Source of the DNA: Lepidodermella squamata | Lineage: Eukaryota > Animalia > Gastrotricha | Direction: 5' to 3' | Assembly (NCBI GenBank): GCA_047495785.1 | Contig: JBLDXI010000055.1 | Location: 744,001 to 808,000 of the forward strand | DNA: 64,000 bases | Shown: piece by piece, positions 35,650 through 46,830 of the stretch | Layout of the letters: every line of letters begins with the position of its first letter | How positions within the stretch are numbered: the stretch's first letter is position 1 | Program-made: the position numbers and the translations under genes | The notes under the pieces: generated by a model | What the model was told of the DNA's origin: nothing | Seen by the model: only the letters and a program-made list of their open reading frames with translations | Database searches by the model: none

Positions 35650-36500
35650 CTATAATAAAGTTTGCTACACAAATGACAGGAATTAAGGAATTCTTCCCGG
35701 TGTTGAGGGCAGAACCGAGAATTCTGCCCGCTGAAAATGCCCGAGGGCGTAGCGGAGCGCAGCGAAGCGAAGCCCGAGGGTATTTTCAAGGGCTGAATTC
35801 GAGGTTTTGCCCGAGACACAAGGGAAGAGTTCCTGTTCCTTCCCAGTTGGTTATTTTCGTTAATCCGACACTCGGACGAGTGAAAATGGGGAATGGTGTA
35901 TAGTGCGTATGAAAGATGACCGTTGTTAATAACGAAAATAAGAAATCCAGCTTAAAATTTGTAGCAAATTTTTTTTTTGAATTTTTTTTGTTCGTTGTTC
36001 ATTTCCTTGTTTTATTATCAATTGAATATTGCGAATTTCCGTCGAATTTTCAATGGAGATCACTTTTGATATTGGCGACCTGGGCCTCGGTGCTCTCGCT
36101 GACGGCTCCGTGGAAGTGAAACAGCGCGAAGAATCCGATCCAATTCGACTTCTCGAACGAGAACTTGATGCTGATATCGAAGAAGAAGAATCCGATGAAG
36201 AGGGTGATACGTCGGAGTTCATTCAAGAAGTCGAAAATTTCGTGGCTGGTTTTGAAGCAAACGGCACAGCTCAGAAAACCAAGCAGCACTGGAGCCGATT
36301 TGTCGCATTTGTCGAGCAGCGATTCCACATTTCGGAGCAACTATTAGTTGAACTTACGGTCAAGGATATGGATCTCTATGTCGCTCTTTTTCTCAAGCAG
36401 TTGACGAAGACTGATGGTAGCGCGATGGAGCCGACAACGATTCGAGGCATTTATTCCTCCATCATTCGCCATCTTGTAGTCGTTATTAACAATTAATCCG
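35650..36500 (+). mobile_element. Crypton-like (tyrosine-recombinase DNA transposon) remnant with long imperfect hairpin and truncated ORF 36029-36496
   Basis: ORF contains NGTAQKTKQHWSRF..MDLYVALFLKQLTKTDGSAMEPTTIRGIYSSIIRHL, resembling the N-terminal part of CryptonA/DUF3504 (ZMYM/QRICH1/KCTD1-related) recombinases. Inverted repeat 35687-35833 surrounds ccgagggcgtagc..gcgaagcccgagg. Confidence 0.65.
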
Positions 36501-36704
36501 GCCCAAACACTTGTTTTAAAGTTTAAACATTCTAATAAAGGTTATTCACTTGTTCACTCGTTTGGTCAGAGTCTGAAGGTTGTAGTAAAGGGACTGGGAA
36601 CGGAAATTGAAGTTGTGCAACATTATTTCAGGTGAGAGGTTTTCCCGAATTTTCGAGAGCATCAATTGATTTTCGAAAATAAAAAATCCACCCTAATCGT
36701 TTGA

Positions 36705-36790
36705 GCGGGCAGAAACAGCGGGCAGAAACATCGGGCAGAATCACTTTTTCCGTCTAGGCAAAAAATAACCAACTGGGCAGGAACACTATC
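36705..36790 (+). repeat. Short tandem gggcagaa(ac) repeats
   Basis: gcgggcagaaacagcgggcagaaacatcgggcagaatc...tgggcaggaac. Confidence 0.5.
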
Positions 36791-37874
36791 TTCGCACATG
36801 ATTATAAAGAAGTGGTAGATAAAAGGGATGCTTTCGCGCCATTTGAAAAATAAAATGAGAAAAATGCGTGGCCGGTTACGATTATTCTTGCTACGCGCGG
36901 TACTATCGTAGTGGCCGTTTTTTGATGGCATGGCAATGATAATGATAGTTATAAACTAGATTCATAATGGCGTGCCAAATTATGAGCTCTGAGTTATTAG
37001 TCATGATGAAGAAACATCAGTTATACGCTAATTTAGAAAATATTTATCTTAGCCAACATAGCTCATCAATATTTGGCTTGATACGTTTCCGAAGTAATAC
37101 TCCAAAGCTATATAAATTCTTATCGATTCACGATAATTGCTCTGCTGTTAGTATCGTTACGTTTTCATCTCATTCAGGGAGCTGCTTTATTCCTGCAAAA
37201 CAAGGCTCGTGCTTCGGTAGCCATTCATAAATTCACGTCACGTTTCTACCAATGAATTAAAATTAAAACGAATCAAGAATCGATGATCTCCATTTTCGCC
37301 GTCAATTTGAAGAAGATTTTTAAGTCTTGAATCAGGCAACTCAACCAGGCCTGAAGCTCCGAATTTTACCTGAGCTTAGGCCTATTCGAACTCTGCTGCC
37401 TGATAGCTGATAGCGAAGTCCTCACTTTCGTGTATCGATTTATAGCTACCGGTGCGAACATGAATAATTCACAAGACCGCGCGGTATTTGAGCTACAAAG
37501 GTAACCTAGGCCGTAAGTTACGTAGAAACGGCATGACACATTTTGCGTTTTGCAATAAAACGTTTCCCATCGATTTTACTATGCTTCCATTATTTTACTT
37601 CCTCTCTCAGGTCACAAAAGAGGTGGCAGCAGAAAGTAGAGAAGCCGAATCCACACTCTAGAGCCTCTATTTACTCGGATGGCCGATTAAAGGCCTAATT
37701 GCTTATACCTGGATATACTTACTTTCATTCCCAATTTTATTCACAGTTCACGCAAAAAGCCATTGATCACTCTTATTCAGTGTCTTTTCACACGTTTATG
37801 CACCTAAAGCACTCAAACATTTCCTCTATAGCTTCCATTTTTAACAAAAAAGATCAGCTCTGTATAACCTAGCT

Positions 37875-39100
37875 ATGGATTCTCAGCTGAAGCGAGCGAT
37901 TTGCAAACTGCAACACCACCCGTGCCGTTGCGGATTTCTGTTCAAAGTTCATGTCGCAGCGGTTGACAAATCGTGGCCGAGTGATGCTGATGGTATTTTC
38001 TACGGCTTCATGGCTACTCACGATGCGGCTTACTCAACATCGCCAGCTCTCATCGAGCTCAGCCGAGAATATGCTGATCGATCGGACGTAGTTTTCAATC
38101 TTTCGACCAAGGATGACATCTCTGCAGTTTTCGCGAGTCCTGAACTCGGCGTTGCGATTCTTCACTTGACATTGGAGACTCGAAAAGCTCTCGAGGAACT
38201 AGGTTTCCAGTTCCTTGACCTGAGTTTCGAAAATCCGAAAATTGGCCAGGAATTGCAATTGATTTCCTACGTTAACGGAGCACCGATGCAAAGCGGTGAA
38301 GCTAAAATCATCGAAGCGACTGAAGATAATAAACTTCGAATTTCAACTTCGATAGTCCCGACGCCGGGTTCGCCAATTGTCGACAGGGCTACATCGAAGG
38401 TCATTGGCGTTCTGACTTATGACTTATCGACGTCGGCCGTCGATGCAAATTTCATTAAATTCAGCTCGCTACATGTGATCGCAGCCGAAGTTAAGAAGGC
38501 GATGTTCAAGCAAGCTAGCTTCTACTTCAACGTAGCATGTTTGAACACAAGGTATGTTATTTTCTCAAAAATATGGCTATGATAAATATACAATTCTTCA
38601 GCTCGTTATCTGTTAACGAATTGGAAGTAGCCACCCGGCCCGCTGTCCCGCCGCTGATAACCAATAATACTACGCAATTGCAACTGTCCGAACACTTGCA
38701 CCAGGCAGCCCGGTACCTCAATAGTGGCGATGTCCCCTACCGATGCGCTTCCGCTTGCGTTGAGCCCACGTATTGCCAATACGAATGCCCGGTAACCTAC
38801 GAGTGTTACGAGGTCGTAAAGCCAGCGCGTGTAAAATGCTACGAAGAGGTGGTTTGTCCGCCTCGAGTGCAGTGCTGCGAAGAAGTCGTTCGACCCAGAG
38901 TTCAATGCTACGAAGAGGTCGTCTATCCTCGGTACCAAACTTGTCAGACTGCTTGTCAATCGCCGTGCTCTGGATATTATACCCAATCATTAGCAGGGCG
39001 CTGGCAATACCCGCAATACTACCAGCAACCGGAAGTTGTTTATGCCAACAATGTTACGACTGTGCCGGCTAACTTACCTCCGCGCGTTTTTTTCCGTTAA
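37875..39100 (+). CDS. Degenerate trypsin-like (Trypsin_2-type) domain fused to a Cys/Tyr/Pro-rich repeat tail, 2 exons
   Basis: AICKL..CGFL..MATHD..PELGVAIL..IGQELQLISY..TPGSPIVD..KVIGV. Phase-2 intron at about 38552-38601. Tail has four CYEEVV.PRVQ-type repeats and ends PPRVFFR*. No signal peptide. Confidence 0.65.
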
Positions 39101-39551
39101 CTCCGGAGATTCTCAATTAGGATTTACCGACATGAACATATTTTTAGCATGCATTTTTATTCATTCATATGATTATTTTGCTAATGTTGTAATACCGATG
39201 AAATGTTTATCTCTTTTTATTCTGTAGCTTCTTTTGAAATTAGCCTATTCAAACTGGTGAAAATAAAACTGTGTGCATGAATATGCTCTGGTCCCTTTTA
39301 TTACTGAATGGCTTTATTCGCGCGTCCTGATAACTTCAATAGGTAATTCATCTGCTAAGCAACCAACTGATCGCCCTTGGTAATATCGACCTTACTTTTA
39401 TCTATTTCCTGGCCCGCACTGATCGATAGGTGCTGAAAAATTTATCAACTCAGGTAAAATACTTTGGGAAGTAGATTCGAATATTTCCCAGCCTTTTACA
39501 ATACAACTTTCGACGATAGTGGATTATTATACCAAAAGATTATTGCCGAAG

Positions 39552-39818
39552 ATGAGCTACTGCTATCGAGGTTGCTATAACTTGGGATACACCAACTGCG
39601 TCTGCTATCAGCCAAGAGCTGTTTCATGCACACCTGCATATTATCATCCTGTGACCACTTGTCAAACGACCTGCCAGACAGCTTGCCGAACGACTTACGT
39701 CACCCCCGCGTATCCCTATCCGTATCATTACTCAACATGCGCCCCGGCATGCGTCCCGGTTACTCCTTGTGACTATTTTGTCCCCGCCTGTCCGCCACCA
39801 CGCGTGTTCTTTCGCTGA
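39552..39818 (+). CDS. Small (88 aa) Cys/Tyr/Pro/Thr-rich protein
   Basis: MSYCYRGCYNLGY...TCQTTCQTAC...CPPPRVFFR*; shares TCQTAC and the C-terminal PPRVFFR with the upstream gene. Confidence 0.65.
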   Translation: MSYCYRGCYNLGYTNCVCYQPRAVSCTPAYYHPVTTCQTTCQTACRTTYVTPAYPYPYHYSTCAPACVPVTPCDYFVPACPPPRVFFR

Positions 39819-40081
39819 ATTCAGCTAGCGACGAAAGTATCCGTGATAAAAAATTGAAAAAAACAACCACTAGACGCTTTTTTGATTGACAATATGGAAT
39901 CTGTGACAGTTTTGTGTGTCTATTTACTATTATAATAGCTATTGTGAACACCGGTGAAAATTAAAACTCATTTTCTCGAACTCTTATTGCCAAATTATTG
40001 CTATATCTCAAAGCTCATCGAAAAGTCTTTCCAAGGAAAAAGACGTGGAAATTAAAATCCGCGCCATACTAGCTGTAGAAA

Positions 40082-40973
40082 TTAAATAGCGCAATCTTGA
40101 ACCCAGACAGATTGAACGGCCATGGATGCATCACCGTTAAATTTCCCAGGACACCAACTATTGCCAGAGCAGTCCCATATGCCAAGAAACAACTCCATGG
40201 GCTTGTTCGGAACATTGTTTCCAATAACCTGATATTGACCCAAAAGTGGACCACCGTCAACCGAAAGGAAAAATTGCAGATTTCGATTCAAGTTGTCGAG
40301 AACAATTTCGTATTTGTAGTGTTTTCTCCCAGCATCCGAAACAGCAAAGGTTCGAGGAAATTGATTAATGGTTGTGCCACTTTTGAAAACGTTGTAGGTT
40401 GCTTTGTTGGAGCCTCCGTAGAATTCGCTGAAATCAATTTCATCTTTTCTTCCATCTTGAACAGCAGCATCAAGATCATATTTTCCATTTGTCTGGATCA
40501 AGTAAGCATTCGAATTCTTCCCGCCATCAGGTGCTCCTCGCATTATGACAGAAATATGCGTTTTGGCATTTGGATACGAATTGAAGGTACGATCTGCGAA
40601 CCTCATTCGGGCCCATTCTGTAATTAGATTTATAAAAACTTGAACTATTATGTTCAGGGTAAATCTCACGAGCTCCAGGCTTGCTGTGCATTGTCCATCC
40701 CTCCGATGCAGGGTTTTGATTCCCGCCGGTAGTTTGCAAATCCCAGCCTGGATTGGATTGACTGTTTCTGAAGTCCATCCAGCGAGTGTAGCAGTTGGCC
40801 TGTCTTTTGACTCGTCCTTTTCCCTCTGTTGAGTTATGATGAGCCCAAGTCCAGGCAGTGGCGTTTTCATAGATTTCTTGGAGATGTCTCACGTCATTGA
40901 TAGGAGACGTCGCAGCGACAAAGGTGGCTAAGGTAGCGACCAATGCGGCACTAGCAATAATTTTGTACATCAT
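40082..40973 (-). CDS. Secreted glycoside hydrolase family 16 (beta-glucanase/transglycosylase-like), 2 exons
   Basis: Signal peptide MMYKIIASAALVATLATFVAA, dibasic RVKR site, phase-1 intron near 40619-40669, catalytic motif DEIDFSEFYG, HYKYEI, FFLSVDG, PNKPMELFLGIW..W, MAVQSVWV. Confidence 0.75.
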
Positions 40974-41966
40974 GCCAATCCAAAATAATGGGTGAATTAT
41001 GAGCGAATTACGGAACGTTCTTCTTTATATAGGTATTGGGCTTGTTGTTAGCCAATATGGTTGTTAGTATAAGTTTGTTCAGATGTTTTTTGACAGGTTT
41101 TTCTCATTCCACATGCTAAAAGTAAATGGGGAATGGGAATGAGCATTATGTTGTTTTTTCCAACAGCACGTTTTGCACAAGATTGCGGGTTCAAGATCCC
41201 AGCTTATCGAATAAGGAATGTTCAGCTGATTTCTCACGCACGCTCGAAGCACTCTACCAGACCTTTTATAGCTTAATCTCTACGATCCAGACGGAGAAAA
41301 TACACCTTATATAGGCTATAGGCGGACTGCTTGATAAAGCGGACGCGGACAAATACGGACGTTTCTTGGCGTGACATTTGCTGTGGCGACGTGAAAGCTT
41401 TTTTATGTTGCTGCAATGCCCTGGCGCCAATACCACATACAAATTTGAATTTGGAAAGCTGTATTTTTTACGCGAATGCAATCTCGTAAAAAATCTCGTT
41501 GATCACCTTTCCTTGGTCTTTGGACCAAAATATGCAAGCAAGAGGCTTTGAATCAGGCTATCGAAAGGATATGTATCCGAGAATTAGGGCTAGGTTCCAA
41601 TTATTCGAGCGTGGTGAGGACTATCGGCAAATGTTAAGCGGGGAAACAGTTCGCGACGGCCCATATGAGTAAACGGAAAATGGGTTCTCCATGTAATTTT
41701 ACAGCATTGCCGAAATATTGAGTTTGAATGCTACACCGTTGACCGTGTTAACTGGTCCGAAGCAAAGCGAAAGCGTTCAAATTTTCAAACAAAATTGATG
41801 AAAATTAAAACTCAACGGCGTACTTTAAAAAATGAATTTTTATTTGGAAATAACATGTTGAGTAATACACGATAATTGTTGCAGTATTCACATGAGGTAC
41901 TACTGGTCTGGAAAATACGTTGAAAACCTGGAATTGTAGTGGCACATCATTAAAATGCAGGCATTT

Positions 41967-44096
41967 TCAGCCGAATATAACGCCCGATTTCGGTTTTATA
42001 ACCATGACAGTTTTTCGAAATATCAGCATAAACCTAAAATGTTCAAAATTAAATACGAAAATAAACAAATTTCAATAAAATATACTTGATCAATCCGCGG
42101 CCGCAAGGTTCGACAAACTCGCAAAAATGATCCGAAACCGGAGTAGTTGTTAAATCTGATATGAAATACACAGGACCCTCGCGGTCGTCGCCATCGGGAA
42201 ACTGGAAGGAAGACAGCAGCTCGCAACTTTCAGTCTCGTACGAACTTGAATCCCACGAATTTTCGCCGTTAGTTGAAGAAGAAGCTTCAGATTGCTTAAT
42301 TTGAAGTAAATTCCGAGGAGCGGATTTCATTATCGTTATCACCATATCGTCACGGTGGATCAAGCTTTGCTTGTAACAATTAATGGCTGAGCCGAGGGTG
42401 AGACGAGTTTGGGAACAGGCGGTTATCGTAACTGGAGCAATTTCGACGTCGAAAATTCCACTGGAAATCAACGCGTTGTAGGCAACACGGTCGTTATCGC
42501 GAAGCATCAACGGCTGACCAGGCATTGGGTAGTCTTCGAACAAAATAACACCGAGCGTTCGATCCCGCCAGCCAGGTTGGAGAAAGAGTCTCTTGAACGG
42601 CGCTAATCAATTGAAAACACTCAAAATCACCCAGAAATTGAAAAAAAACAACGAATTACCGAGAATTTTCGGCTCATCGGAATCTTCAACTGGTAGACCC
42701 GGGGCAATATTACCCTCGTAAAATAGCGAGTAGCGAAGAAAAACGCAACAGCCGTCCAAGATCGGCTCGAAAGAAGCTGAACTTTTCGAGGAAAATGCGA
42801 CAAAATGACACCTATAAGAAAACAAAGATAGCGAAAAATGTTCCAAAGAATCCAAGCAACTCCCACCTTAATGAATCGCAATCTTTATCTGCTGAGTATG
42901 AAAATCTTTGGGTATTTTTCCCATTCTGGATAACCAGGTCGCCTCCCTTGTAGCAGCTAGGTAGAATGACAAAAAGTGATCCGAGTTGGTTCTGCAATTG
43001 CTTCGAGTTCCAATTAGCTTCGATTCCGTTATTATTGCCTGGTTTCAGAATGACGAGTTCGACGAATTCCGCTGATATTGAGGGCACATCAGCGGCTAAA
43101 CAGCGACGGACCCAGTAAAGGCATTCGCTACATCTCGAGTCGCTGAAAATGCTGCGGAACATTGGACTGGCTATTTTCACCTGCGTAAGGTTAATAGTTT
43201 GGGACTTTGGAGTAGCGGCGTTGATCACGTCATCAGCAATCTCTTCGTCACACGGGTATTTGACTTCGATTTTGTTGACGAAAATTCGAGGTAAGATGTC
43301 GAGAGCCATCGAACAACGAAAATCGTTATTCGAGTTCTTCTGATGGAAAAAGTTGAGGATAAAACGCTGCAGCCCATCTGCGCCTAATTCTTCAAAGTCG
43401 TCCACCTTAAAATATATAATAAATAAACTGATTAAAATGGAATGAATCGCAGTTTCTAACCCCAGCTCTCGAATCGGTCAAAGCCGGAATGCTAAGAGGA
43501 GTTGGCGGGAAGTTGGCACAGGAGACGTCTTGTTTTGCTTTCTTAGCCTTCAACAAAATTAACAAATTTTCAAGAGTAGAGAGCGAAAAATTTACCTGTT
43601 CGGGTGTAATACTACGTGCGTAAATTTCTGTCGCTCGTTTCACCTTGTTGACGACACCATATTCAGCACTCGAGCTTGATCTCGTTTCAATCCTTCCACG
43701 CTTTTTCGACGAACTTTCAGTTTGACGTGTGATAACTGAAGATCGGGTAGAATGCGACGGCGATTCGGCTGTTTCTGATTTACGCGCCGTTCGGTCTGGA
43801 ATAACCGCTTTGCTATCGCCTTCATCCCCGTCTTCTTCAAAGTCCAAACCATCATCGCCATCGTCATCACCCTCTTCGCGGCAGTAGTAAACGACTAGCC
43901 GTGTGCATATTTCGGCTAAAAAAAGAATTCGCGTAATTTAATCGGAAAAAAATCGGCGAAAATGTTTACACTTTGTGCCATAGGCTCTGAGTCCATAACG
44001 ACGCGCTTCGTCTTGCAATTCTTTCAGGCTGAAAAACGTAGAAATAGCCAGGGCGTCGTTCCCAAGCTCCCGCCACTTTCGCTCGACTTTGCTCAT
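41967..44096 (-). CDS. SAP-domain plus degenerate 2OG-Fe(II) oxygenase-like protein, paralog 2
   Basis: FSLKELQDEARRYGLRAYGTK/AEICTRL (SAP), acidic/Ser-rich linker, DFRCS..PRIFV..YP, LGSLFVILPSCYKGGDLVI, FVAFS..FEPILDG..LRYSL, LRDNDRVAYNAL; ends FRKTVMVIKPKSGVIFG*. Confidence 0.7.
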
Positions 44097-44217
44097 GGTT
44101 ATAAAACTGGTTAAAATTGGTAAAACGATATTAAAGCTCTACCTATATTTTCGTTAAAACAACAAAATTTTATTCAAATTGGAAAGGCAGTTTTGGTTTT
44201 GGTGAGATCAATTTGAT

Positions 44218-46101
44218 TCACTTCGCCTTAATTAAAACAGCAGTTTTTCGAAACGAATACTTGAACCTGCGAAAACAAATTTTAGAAAGGCATCAGAAAT
44301 AAAATTAGGAATTGTTATTATACGTGATTTGACCCGGACCGGCTGGTAAAATGTCTTCTGAGCATTCACTTTCAACAAGCAACTTTGTTAAATCGTTGAA
44401 AAATGTAACTGGGCCAGATGAATTCGCACCACTTGGGTAGGTGAATTTCGACAAAACGAGATCAGTCGGAGCTGAGTAACCGGCCAAATCCAGCGGCAGC
44501 CCATCAACGAGGCGAGAAACCTGATAATAAATATAATGACTAGAAAGCAAAATATGTCGAGAAATTTAACCGTGATTTGCATTTCGCGCTTTTCGAGCAA
44601 AACTTCGTTGTAGCATTTCCGGGCTAAAGTTCCAATTGGCTCGCGAACCGTGGCGGAAGCTGTAACTTTTACGCCGACTAGTTCGACGTCAATAGCAGGG
44701 TTTCGAACAAGGGCGTTGAAGGCGAGGCGATCACTTCCATTCAACATGACTGCCTGGCAGGGATTGGGATACGCACGAGGCAGCAAAACGCCAAAAGAGC
44801 GGCCCCTCATTTCAGAACAATTGAACAGTTTGGCGCAAATCTCTAAATATTTCACTCATTTATTAATAGCCTGGCTTCAGGCAATTAATTTACCGTAAAT
44901 CGACTGTTCATGCGCGACGCTAACAGAGCTTAAAGAAGGCATTTTCGAACCTTCGAAGGTCAAATCGTAAAGAAGTATTGAGCCGACTCCATCTGTTATA
45001 GGTTCAAAATAAGCAGTGCCAGCCAAAAAGGCAACTGCACGGGCGCGATTAGTGAATTCATCGGGCGATGAAAATCGCTGGAATATCGAGTCGGACTTGA
45101 CGACTAAATTGCCGCCGGATTGCCGACTAGGTAAAATGACTGCCAAGTAGCCGAAATGATTTTTAACATTCTTCCTCACGGCTAAAAAATCTGTATGTAA
45201 TTGAACGCCTTGCTTGTGAATGACAAAGCTGGAAAACTGGGCTGAAATCGATTCGGCATTTGGTGCCAGGTTTTTCCGGATAAATTCGAGCAGGGGGCTT
45301 TGCTGAGAATTTCCACCAATTAGCTTCAACCATGTAGATCCGGTTATTTCAATTTTACGCGATTCAATCACGAAAGACGCTGACGAATTACCGTCATTCG
45401 CCGCGAAATAAACGGCTTTTGACGCCGAACTGTGGCTGATCGGATACGTTAACTGGTAGCTACCGATAGAAATTTGGGGTATCATATCGAGCCATAGGTC
45501 GCAACGAAAATCGTTTTCAGCCGGCTCGTATAGAAAATCGTCCAATTTTTTGCGCAAATCGGCGATTTCCGCGGCAGAGAGATCAACGCATTTTGCCAGT
45601 TTTTCTTGAACAAGAGGAGCAAAAGTAGTTGTAACATTCAAAACACCGCCTTGTTTTTTCCCTGCGATCTATAAATAAAATATTGTTACCACCGCATTAC
45701 AGTGGTAATAATAGCAAAAATACCGTATCGGGTGATGCCGGGCGTTTGACACCAGATCCACCGACCGGGAAGCTAATTTCATTTTCCTTTTCAAAATCGT
45801 TTGGAATTGTGGCTACCGTATCATTCGGGTCAGTTTTATCGTCGCCATTCCCAATGACTTGAGAAGCGGATGGACCAGGTATTTTCTTATAAAATTCGGT
45901 AATGCGAGCAGTAATAACGGCTAAAAAATTCGATTGTAATCATGAGTTTCAAGCCAGCGATTTTGCCGTACCTTTGACACCGGAGGAGTCAACGCCGAGG
46001 CGTTTTGCTTCGTCCTGAAGTTGAGGACGCGTGAACATTTTGCAAATATCCTCGCCGGCCTCCCATCTGATCTGCACATTCGATTTCAAATCGACAGCCA
46101 T
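44218..46101 (-). CDS. SAP-domain plus degenerate 2OG-Fe(II) oxygenase-like protein, paralog 1
   Basis: FTRPQLQDEAKRLGVDSSGVK/AVITARI (SAP), DFRCD..PQISI..YPI, HFGYLAVILPSRQSGGNLVV, AVAFL..FEPITDG..LLYDL, LNGSDRLAFNAL; ends FRKTAVLIKAK*. Confidence 0.7.
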
Positions 46102-46830
46102 AAGACGTAACGATTAAATGAATTGCTAAGGGTGATCATTAATCAACAAAAGGTGTCATAATTGAATAATTAGAAAATCAGTTTTGCTGTGGCTCTTTCT
46201 AACAAATTGATACAGGCTACACGTAGATAGAAGCTTTTCACAAGATTTCCGTTTAAAAATTATTTTTAATTCTAAACAGGCAGAAAGCTATGATTGCGCA
46301 ACACTTTGACAAACAAATTTAAAACAGAAGAGTGAGCCAAAACAGATGGCGCAGTCTTGCCATTTACGACGCATTTATCGTTTTTATTTCAGCAAAAATA
46401 GAGTGATGATCGAAAATAGTGGGCTGTGCTCATAGCTGTGCTTGTCGAAAAGGTAAGTGTTGAACGGTGTAGTCATAAACGTTTCTGTTATTACGGGTCA
46501 ACCGGCCGGGCAGACATCAGCACAATCATGGCTCGTGCCAAATAAGCACCCGCTCAAATTAATGACACACGCCGCCAGTCCACTTTTATTGCGCGCGTTC
46601 TCTTACGCATTTATCGCTAATCCAACCACTACACACACACTTAAACACAACCCCACTTTCATCAGACTTGTGACCTGGCTCAGTACGACCGCCGTTTTCA
46701 TTCACAGTGATTATTTTTTTAGGTTATTAGTTACTACTAATGATCATTGATGGTCGATAGCTATTGACTTGGCTAAATTTTTTCTATTTCCTAGATCATG
46801 GTTTACTATTTCCGATGAATTGATAGGGCA

